Below, piece by piece: positions 20,741-28,089 of a stretch of DNA of 64,000 nt. A program made the translations under genes and the position numbers. How positions within the stretch are numbered: position 1 is the first letter of the stretch; every line of letters starts with the position of its first letter. The notes under the pieces were generated by a model, which ran no database searches, was not told the DNA's origin, and was given only the letters and a program-made list of their open reading frames with translations. This DNA is from an uncultured Armatimonadetes bacterium (GTDB lineage: Bacteria; Armatimonadota; Hebobacteria; Hebobacterales; Hebobacteraceae), in contig OY970296.1 of NCBI GenBank assembly GCA_963716175.1, positions 2,496,001 through 2,560,000 on the forward strand. Reading direction: 5' to 3'.

Positions 20741-20770
20741 CGGGGGTGGGCCCGACCGGGCCCACCCCCG
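20741..20770 (-). other. 13-bp perfect intercistronic hairpin downstream of the pilin-like gene
   Basis: CGGGGGTGGGCCC-gacc-GGGCCCACCCCCG. Confidence 0.7.
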
Positions 20771-20799
20771 CCGAGGGAATAATCACCGACGCGCCAACC

Positions 20800-21309
20800 C
20801 TACGGAGCCGACAGCGTGTACACCACGCTCTGGGTGTAGCTGCCGGTCTGGTAGTTCCAGTCATTGGCCAGGAAGTAGGAGAAGGTTCCGCTCCGCTGGC
20901 CGGACCCGGTCCATGAGCCCGCGGGCTGGGCCAAGGTGTTCATGGTGCCGGCCACGAATCCGGAGCCGGATGCCGTCCACGTCACCTTCGCGATCGGGAT
21001 GCTGTCAACGCCGGACTCGAGATCACCGCTCGCCTGCACGGTGAGAGTGACAGTCTGGCTGCTCCCGCTGTGGGCCTTCACCGTCACCGAGACTGGGTTT
21101 TCGCTCGCCCCAATCGAGGGCACACTATCCGGGTCCGAGTCCGCGAAGTTGATCGCAGCCACGCCCAGTGTGAGCTTCGCCTTCGCCGCGACCGCGGCGT
21201 TGATCGTCAACGTCTGCTGATCAGTCACGGCCCAGCCCACCGCGCTCATGCTCAACAGCACGGCCAGGCAAGTGACTACCATCGTTCCCGCAACAGCATA
21301 CTTTCTCAT
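20800..21309 (-). CDS. pilin-like secreted beta-sandwich subunit (probable major subunit)
   Basis: Sec signal; N-terminal extension TLTINAAV; C-terminus GSYTQSVVYTLSAP resembling chaperone-usher/WxL-like subunits. Confidence 0.65.
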   Translation of the reverse strand: MRKYAVAGTMVVTCLAVLLSMSAVGWAVTDQQTLTINAAVAAKAKLTLGVAAINFADSDPDSVPSIGASENPVSVTVKAHSGSSQTVTLTVQASGDLESGVDSIPIAKVTWTASGSGFVAGTMNTLAQPAGSWTGSGQRSGTFSYFLANDWNYQTGSYTQSVVYTLSAP

Positions 21310-21364
21310 CGTTGAGCCTCCGCTCTTGGTTTCTGATCGCCTTTCCTAGTGAGGCGCCCCACAC

Positions 21365-21907
21365 TCAATAGGCGATCAGTGTATACACCAGGTTCTGACT
21401 GTAGGCCCCGACCGCATAGGACCAGGAGTTCTGCAGCCAGAACCGTAGCTGCCCTGTAGCATCCACCTTCCAGAGCCACTGCCCCACCAGCTCGGGCTGA
21501 GTCTTGCTCAATGTTCCCGAGACGAAGCCCTGCCCTTGGGCCGTCCAGGTAACCTGGCCGACCGGGATCGAATCTGACCCTGACAGCAGGTCTCCCACTG
21601 CCTGTACCGTCAACTGAGACGGGCTTGATGGCTGCTGGCCTTTGACCACTACCCTCACTTGGACCGGGTTCTCGGCGGCGCCAATCGTCGGAGCCAGGTC
21701 CGGATCGGCGGAGGGAAACGAGACGGTGGTGACATCGAAGGAAAGCTCGGCCTGGCTGGCGTGAGCCACGCCCGACGCCAGCGCCAGGACGACCGCGATC
21801 GCGGGTGCCAGCCGCGCCGTCCGGGCGCAGCCTCTCCCCGCACACCAACTCCGAAGCTGTCGTGCTTTCGCCGCCACCTGCTCGCTCTCGCGCGTCCCTT
21901 GTTCCAT
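21365..21907 (-). CDS. second pilin-like subunit, paralog of 20800-21309
   Basis: Shares F.D.DPD..P.IGA.ENPV.V.V, L.VQA.GDL.SG.DSIP...VTWTA.G.GFV.GT, G.Y.Q..VYTL; start uncertain. Confidence 0.65.
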   Translation of the reverse strand: MEQGTRESEQVAAKARQLRSWCAGRGCARTARLAPAIAVVLALASGVAHASQAELSFDVTTVSFPSADPDLAPTIGAAENPVQVRVVVKGQQPSSPSQLTVQAVGDLLSGSDSIPVGQVTWTAQGQGFVSGTLSKTQPELVGQWLWKVDATGQLRFWLQNSWSYAVGAYSQNLVYTLIAY

Positions 21908-21950
21908 AGAACCCGTCCGGCTCCAACATGCGACCTGCCTCCCAGAATGC

Positions 21951-21993
21951 AAAAACCCGTTTCCCGAGGGCGCTGGTGGCCTTGGAAACGGGT
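21951..21993 (-). terminator. intrinsic terminator in riboswitch expression platform
   Basis: Minus strand ACCCGTTTCC...GGAAACGGGT followed by TTTT, upstream of the first pilin gene. Confidence 0.8.
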
Positions 21994-22083
21994 CAGTGTG
22001 GTGCTCGTGGTCTCCGCTAGGCCAGCCGACTCAGCCCTCCCAGCGCTCCCCAGACTCAGCTGGTGAATCGCTGGTACGGTCTC

Positions 22084-22176
22084 CTTCGGCAGCCTGGCTG
22101 TCATCGTCCGCGCTAGCGGACCTTAGATCCACGGCTTTGCGTCCCCGCCTTTCGGCGGGTTTGCCTTTATCGGAAG
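22084..22176 (-). ncRNA. cyclic di-GMP-I (GEMM-I) riboswitch
   Basis: Minus strand CGATAAAGGCAAACCCGCC-GAAA-GGCGGGGACGCAAAGCCGTGGATCTAAGG...ATGACAGCCAGGCTGCCGAAG matches the class-I consensus. Confidence 0.92.
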
Positions 22177-22575
22177 ACAGTTCGCTTCTCAAAGAGCAAG
22201 GACCAGGCGCTGGCGGCTTCGCCGACACCCGGTCCAGGTTCACTAGGTTTCTTCCACAGTCATCACGCGGTTTTGAGATTCCACTCTCAGGTCTTGGGGC
22301 GGTTTATCAGACATCGAGCCAGGCCGCGCCAGCGGCTTCAAGATGCCCCTGGGCCGCATCCCCTCGCCGGCATCAGGCGGAGAGCAGGGCAGCAGCGTGT
22401 GGCTAGGTCGGTTGTGCCGGCCGCCACCCCGGTCGCTTTGCGACTTGGCGGCTCTTGCCCAGGCCTACCTGCTGCTACCAGGAAAAGCAGGGCCGCCAAC
22501 GAAAAGAGAGTCGCTCTCTCCGGGGCGCCAAGTTAGGCCGGATGACACTGCCCCTGGGTGGAAAGGAACTAGCCC

Positions 22576-23805
22576 ATGACTGAGAAACAGCGCAAAGCGG
22601 CCCTCCAGCGCGGCCGACCCTCCATCGCCTGGCCCGGCGAGCCACTGCTGGGAAGCTACTACGGGGAGGAGGAGATCGAGACTGTTGTCAAGACCATTCG
22701 CGCCTCCCTCGATCCTACCGTCGGGTTCGGCTTCATCTGCGAGGAGATCGAGGAGTTCGAGAAGGCGTTCGCCAAGTACGTCGGCACCGACTATTCCGTC
22801 TCCATCAACGGGGCCGGCGGCGGCCTCGACATGGCGGTGATGGCGCTGGATCTGCAGCCGGGCGACGAGGTGATCGCTCCCTCCATCAACTTCCGCGCCG
22901 CCCTCATGTCCATCATCGGCCAGGGCGGCAAGCTGGTGCTGTGCGAGATTGACCCCAGGACTCTGAACCCCGACTTGAACGACGTCGAGAAGAAGATCAC
23001 GCCGCGGACGCGGGCCATTCTCCCCACCCATATGAACGGGCTCTCGGCCGACATGGACGGCCTGCTGGAGCTGGCCAGCCGCTACCCCAACCCCAAGCAC
23101 GGCCCGCTCAAGGTGATCGGCGACGGGGCCCGCGCCTGCGGGGGTGGCTACAAGGGCACCAAGATCGGGAAGCGGGGCTGGATGAACGTGTTCAGCTTCC
23201 ACACCCAGAAGAACATGACCACTCTGGGGGAAGGAGGCGCCCTCACCACCGACGATCCGGACCTGCGCACCCGGCTTCAGGGCGTGCGCCAGTTCGGCAA
23301 CCCCATCCATTACGCCGATCCCAATCTGCGGGGAGCGGGGTGGGGGTCCAATTACAAGATGACCAAGGTGCAGGCCGCGGTCGGGCTGGTGCAGTTGCGC
23401 CGGCTCGATGGCCTCATTCAGAACCGGCGCCGGCTGGCGCAGGCCCGCAGCAAGCTGCTGGAGGGCTGCCCGGGCCTGCAATTGCCCTATGAGCCGGAGG
23501 GCTACGAGCACAGCTACTATCTCTACTCGATCCTGGTCCCGAAGGAGTGGGCCGGCGACAAGCGCGATAAGCTGATGCAGATGCTGAAGGACGACTACGG
23601 GGTTGACACCGTGGTGGCCAACCCGCCTTGCCACCAGACCGTCACCTTCATCAAGCATCACACGCAAGGCCAGCAGCTGCCCATCTCCGACGAGGTGGGC
23701 GCGCGGCTCTTCTGCCCGCCCATGCACCCCATGATGTCGGACGCGGACAACGAGTTCATCTCCGCCGCCATCTGGGAGGCGGTGGAACGGATTCGAAAGG
23801 AATAG
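22576..23805 (+). CDS. DegT/DnrJ/EryC1/StrS PLP aminotransferase
   Basis: FEKAFA, PGDEVI, FSFHTQKNMTTLGEGG, GSNYKM. Confidence 0.9.
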   Translation: MTEKQRKAALQRGRPSIAWPGEPLLGSYYGEEEIETVVKTIRASLDPTVGFGFICEEIEEFEKAFAKYVGTDYSVSINGAGGGLDMAVMALDLQPGDEVIAPSINFRAALMSIIGQGGKLVLCEIDPRTLNPDLNDVEKKITPRTRAILPTHMNGLSADMDGLLELASRYPNPKHGPLKVIGDGARACGGGYKGTKIGKRGWMNVFSFHTQKNMTTLGEGGALTTDDPDLRTRLQGVRQFGNPIHYADPNLRGAGWGSNYKMTKVQAAVGLVQLRRLDGLIQNRRRLAQARSKLLEGCPGLQLPYEPEGYEHSYYLYSILVPKEWAGDKRDKLMQMLKDDYGVDTVVANPPCHQTVTFIKHHTQGQQLPISDEVGARLFCPPMHPMMSDADNEFISAAIWEAVERIRKE

Positions 23806-23845
23806 CTGGCGCGGCTCCGACTCTCTGCGCCTAGGCGGGTGAACC

Positions 23846-24652
23846 TTGGCCAACAAAGCTAGGATCATGTACGAGATGACGGTGAGGCAGGTCCGGGAGG
23901 GCCTGCGGGAGATGAAGACCGTGCTGCTGCCGGTCGGGGTGGTGGAGCAGCACGGTTACCATCTGCCTCTCAGCACCGACATCCTGGTGGCGCAGGAGAC
24001 TGCGCGCCTGGCGGCCGAGAAGACAGGTTGCTTCGTGGCCCCGGCGGTGCACTACAGCTTCTCGGGCGGAATGCTCCCGGGCACCATCAACATCAGCCCC
24101 CAGGTCTTCTCTTTGGTGCTGATGGATATCTTTCGCAGCCTGGTCGTTCAGGGGTTCCGCAGCGTCATCGTGGTTCCGGGGCATGGCGGCACCGAGGCGG
24201 TGCGGGCCATCCAGGATGCAGCCGAGAACTTCCAGCGCCTCAGCCCCGAACTGGAGGGAGTCGTCATCGCGGTGTTTCGCCGCGAGCAGTCGCGTGCGTT
24301 GGAAGCCGCGCGCCGCCAGCTCGGCAACACCGGCCCGGATTTCCACGCGGGCCTGGCGGAGACTTCCCTGGTGCTGTACTTCAGGCCCGACCTGGTGCGG
24401 ATGCAGCAGGCCCAACAGGACCGGCCCCAGATCCTGGCGATGATGCTGGCCGACCAGGACGGCTACCTGCAGAGAACCCGAAGAGTTGAGGACGACCAGG
24501 TGGTGCCCAAACTGACCCAGCATCCCGAGATCGAGGTCGGGGTCATGGGTCACTACCAGGGGGCCAGCCCGGAGCTGGGCCGGGCGATGGCGGAGGAGCG
24601 GGCTGCGGCCCTGGCCGAGCTGGTATTGAAGCTGGAGGCGGCGGCTGGCTAG
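23846..24652 (+). CDS. creatininase family protein
   Basis: PVGVVEQHGYHLPLSTD, GHGG, HAGLAETS. Confidence 0.88.
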   Translation: MANKARIMYEMTVRQVREGLREMKTVLLPVGVVEQHGYHLPLSTDILVAQETARLAAEKTGCFVAPAVHYSFSGGMLPGTINISPQVFSLVLMDIFRSLVVQGFRSVIVVPGHGGTEAVRAIQDAAENFQRLSPELEGVVIAVFRREQSRALEAARRQLGNTGPDFHAGLAETSLVLYFRPDLVRMQQAQQDRPQILAMMLADQDGYLQRTRRVEDDQVVPKLTQHPEIEVGVMGHYQGASPELGRAMAEERAAALAELVLKLEAAAG

Positions 24653-24725
24653 CCGCAATGCCGGCGCGCGCGTCCACTGTGCTTCCAGGCTCGAAGCGGA
24701 TAGACGTAGATGCAGGAGAGAGATA

Positions 24726-26411
24726 GTGATGGGGACCACTGGCAGCTACGACCCCTGCTATTGGATCTTCGCCCTGCGCAACCCGGAGGACCTGGACTGG
24801 GCGAAGGCGCAGGGCTTTGGCGGAGTGGGTTTCTGGGGCGCGGATCGCGATGGCGATAACCTGAAGTACTACTTCACCTCGCCCACCCTGGCGGCCCAGC
24901 CCTGGGCGCGTTTCGAGGGAGACCGCCTCACCCCCTTCGCCGCCCGCGCCCATGCCCTGGGGCTGAAAGTGTTCGTCAACATGGAGGGCGTGAACCCCTG
25001 GCACTGGCCGCCTGGGCGCACCAACTGGAGCCCGAAAATCCTGGCCGGCGTGATCACCGATCTGCACCACTGCGGCACGGACCGCTGGTTCGACGAGTGC
25101 TTCAGCTGCTATTCGGACTTCTTCTTTGCGCTCGCGAATACCGCCAAGCACATCGGAATGGAGTATCAGGAGGGGACTGATCCGCAGTCGCTCTACAGCG
25201 AGGCCCAGTTCCAGACTCGCAGCAACTTCCCCGGGCTTTTCGAGCACTGCCACCCCCTCGGCATCTACCATTATTACCTGCGGCGCGATGTCGGCTTCAA
25301 CACTGCCACCCTGGCTCAGGAGGGGACTCTGGGCTACGGCTTCGCGAAGGCCTGGGGCCACCCCATGGCCCTGGTCTACTCCATCGCGCATGACTGGGGG
25401 ATCAGTCCAGAGCATTGGCCGGGCGTGCTGCGAGCGTGCTGTCTGATCCGGGCGCTGCAGTTTCGGGTTGACGACATCATGGTGATCGGCGTGAACTCCG
25501 AGCGCGGCGCCCGGCTCGACGTGCCGGCCACCAAGGCCTGGGTCGCGGGATACGTGGAGAAGCAGGCGCAGGAGCGGCGTCCCTTGCTCAACATCATCGC
25601 CCACCTCTCCATAGGGACGAATGCACACTGGGATGACTTTGCGGTGTCAGGCGATGCTATCACCTCGGGCGCGTTCCACGCCGGCTATGATGTGGCCTGC
25701 AGCACCAGCCCCCTGGCGGATGCCGACGCCTATTGGGTCTACACGCGAGGAAGCGACCAGGAGGGGACTCTGGACCTGACCCCCGAGATCGCCCGCTTGT
25801 GGGATGGCGCCAACCCGGTCTTCCTGCAATGCGGCGCCCGCATCCCCAGCGGAGAGTCTCTGACCGAGAGCTGGAGTAAGGTGCTGACCGAGTGCGGCGT
25901 GAACCCGGAGGCCGGCTTCGATTACGGGGACCTGCCCGCGACCAGCGCCTATCAGGGCCTGACCTTCAAGTACACCGGCTATCGGGCAAAGGGCGAGCAA
26001 GGTACGGAGCGCCGCCGCGGCACCTTGATCCCAAAGACCGCGGTGACTGGGACCGTGCATGCTGCCTCGGCTGCCACGCCCCTGATCATCGGCCGCAACC
26101 GCAAGTACCTGATCCCGGCCACCTGCCTGAGCTGGCAGGCGAGCTATCCCATTGGTCAGCTCCTTTCCGGCTGCGGGGCGAAGCCCACCTCCAACGTCTG
26201 GGGGATCGCGGGGGAGAAGGTAACGGCCCTGCTGGCGATCGAGGACACGACGCTCGAGATCACTCTCCCGCGCCTGGAGGACGGCGCCAGGATTCACGTG
26301 GTTGAGTGGGACGAGTATCACCACAGAGTCCGCGAGGACACGGTCACGTACCGGGCACCGTTCAGCAGGGGTCTGGGGCGCTACCACTTGCTGGTAGTGG
26401 ACGCGGCCTGA
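24726..26411 (+). CDS. hypothetical protein, possibly glycoside-hydrolase-like TIM barrel plus accessory domains
   Basis: Long ORF with typical codon bias and RBS GGAGAGAG; AHALGLKVFV motif; family not recognised. Confidence 0.6.
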   Translation: MMGTTGSYDPCYWIFALRNPEDLDWAKAQGFGGVGFWGADRDGDNLKYYFTSPTLAAQPWARFEGDRLTPFAARAHALGLKVFVNMEGVNPWHWPPGRTNWSPKILAGVITDLHHCGTDRWFDECFSCYSDFFFALANTAKHIGMEYQEGTDPQSLYSEAQFQTRSNFPGLFEHCHPLGIYHYYLRRDVGFNTATLAQEGTLGYGFAKAWGHPMALVYSIAHDWGISPEHWPGVLRACCLIRALQFRVDDIMVIGVNSERGARLDVPATKAWVAGYVEKQAQERRPLLNIIAHLSIGTNAHWDDFAVSGDAITSGAFHAGYDVACSTSPLADADAYWVYTRGSDQEGTLDLTPEIARLWDGANPVFLQCGARIPSGESLTESWSKVLTECGVNPEAGFDYGDLPATSAYQGLTFKYTGYRAKGEQGTERRRGTLIPKTAVTGTVHAASAATPLIIGRNRKYLIPATCLSWQASYPIGQLLSGCGAKPTSNVWGIAGEKVTALLAIEDTTLEITLPRLEDGARIHVVEWDEYHHRVREDTVTYRAPFSRGLGRYHLLVVDAA

Positions 26412-26498
26412 GTCGTTCACGAGCAGCGGGATAGGATACCTCCATCCCCGCGGGCACCGCACTGCTACTCGCCCCGTCCGGTGCATCCGCTGCTGCAC

Positions 26499-26527
26499 TT
26501 GACAGAATTCGTGAGAAATGGTACTAA
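26499..26527 (+). promoter_or_regulatory. candidate sigma70 promoter of the hemA/cytochrome operon
   Basis: TTGACA-17 nt-TACTAA with TG upstream of a weak -10. Confidence 0.5.
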
Positions 26528-26663
26528 GTGCCTGCACCAAGGGCTGGGGGCGCATGTCTGTTGCCTGCCCATGCCTGAATCAGTTGTCGCACATTGCCTC
26601 TCCAGTCCTTGCAGGTGAGCGACTGCTTTCGCGCAAAGCCCCGGACTTGGCGGAGCGGACGTC

Positions 26664-28064
26664 GTGATTCATCTAGTCGGTACCAACCACAAACGGACCT
26701 CAGTGGATGGCCGGGAGCGGTTGGCCTCGGGCCAGGGCCCGGCCGCAGAGTTGGTAGCTAGCGCGCGGGCTGACCTGGGTGCCCGCGAGTGCGTGCTGTT
26801 GGCCACCTGCAACCGATTTGAGGCCTACTTCCTGGCCTCCCCCCATCTCTTTGACCCTACGGCAGCGAGGAGCCTGTTCGGGGCCGGGGTTGCCGGCGGC
26901 GAAGTGTTGGCCGCCGACAGCATCTACTACCATAGCGGGCGCGAGGCCGTCGCCCACTTGCTCACCGTGGCTTCCGGCCTGGACTCTATGGTGCTGGGTG
27001 AGCATGAGATCCTTGGCCAGGTCAAATCTGCCCTGGCGGGAGCGCTGGAGCGGAAGCAAGCCGGCCCCACCCTCACCCGTCTCTTCCAGCACGCGGTGAG
27101 GACCGGCAAACGGGCGCGGCGGGAAACGGCCATCTCCCGCGGCATCTTCTCTCTGGGCCAGTGCGCCGCTCGGGTGGCGGAGGGAGTGTTGGGCGACCTG
27201 GAGGGCAAGCGGGTGCTGATGCTGGGAGCCGGCCGGATGGCCAAGATGACTGGCAAACACCTCGCGGCCTTCGGCGCCCGGCCCATCGCTGTTTTCAGCC
27301 GCACTCCCGAGAGGGCCAGGGATCTGGCCGCGGCGCTGGGCGGCCAGGCCATCGGCGGCACTGAACTCATCGGAGCTCTGCAGACTGCTGACATCCTGAT
27401 CGGATGCGCGGCCGCCCCTCACCATATCATCGGTCGGCCCCAGGTCGAGCAGGCGCTTGAGGGCCGCCAGCACCGGCCCCTGGTGGTGATTGACCTGGGG
27501 GTGCCCAGAAACGTGGATCCCGCGGTCAGACCCCTCGCTGGGGTGAATCTCTTCGACCTGGACGACTTGGAGGCAGTGGTGGCCGAGAACGCAGAGGCGC
27601 GGGAGGCCGAGATCGAGCGGGTCCGCGCCATCGTCGCGGAGGAGACGGCCGAGTTCGAGCGCTGGCACGCCCGCGCCCGGGCCGCCGCGATCGTCGCTCG
27701 GCTTCAGGCAAAGGCAGAGGAGGTGCGCCAGGAGTGCCTGAGAAAGGTGGCGGGCAAGCCGCTTGGGGAGGGTGATGCGTCCACCCTCGACTATCTCACC
27801 GACTTGCTGGTGAGGAAGCTGCTTCACCGCCCCCTGGTCGCGCTGCGGGAAGCGGTTGGCGAAGAGCCTGGCGAGGCTGACCTCGACCTGACCAGCGCGG
27901 TTGCCAGGCTGTTTGACCTGGCCGAATCCAGCCAGCCTGAGGTCTTGGAGCAGCCTGCTGACGAGCGCGCCACACCGACGGCGGACGATCCCGCTACACC
28001 GACGGCGGGCGAGACCTCCAGACGGCCGGCGGGCAAGCTTCGGGGGGCGGGTGGCCGATCCTGA
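26664..28064 (+). CDS. hemA: glutamyl-tRNA reductase
   Basis: LATCNRFE, ASGLDSMVLGEHEILGQVK, LGAGRMA, IDLGVPRNV. Confidence 0.95.
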   Translation: MIHLVGTNHKRTSVDGRERLASGQGPAAELVASARADLGARECVLLATCNRFEAYFLASPHLFDPTAARSLFGAGVAGGEVLAADSIYYHSGREAVAHLLTVASGLDSMVLGEHEILGQVKSALAGALERKQAGPTLTRLFQHAVRTGKRARRETAISRGIFSLGQCAARVAEGVLGDLEGKRVLMLGAGRMAKMTGKHLAAFGARPIAVFSRTPERARDLAAALGGQAIGGTELIGALQTADILIGCAAAPHHIIGRPQVEQALEGRQHRPLVVIDLGVPRNVDPAVRPLAGVNLFDLDDLEAVVAENAEAREAEIERVRAIVAEETAEFERWHARARAAAIVARLQAKAEEVRQECLRKVAGKPLGEGDASTLDYLTDLLVRKLLHRPLVALREAVGEEPGEADLDLTSAVARLFDLAESSQPEVLEQPADERATPTADDPATPTAGETSRRPAGKLRGAGGRS

Positions 28065-28089
28065 TCTGATTGTACGGAGAGAGGGCGAA

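Noticed and set aside
20800-21907. Conductive type IV e-pili
   Set aside because: The subunits have Sec-type signals and beta-rich folds, with no class III prepilin motif
22084-22176. 3',3'-cGAMP (GEMM-Ib) riboswitch as in Geobacter electron-transfer regulons
   Set aside because: The specificity position aligns as G, not A
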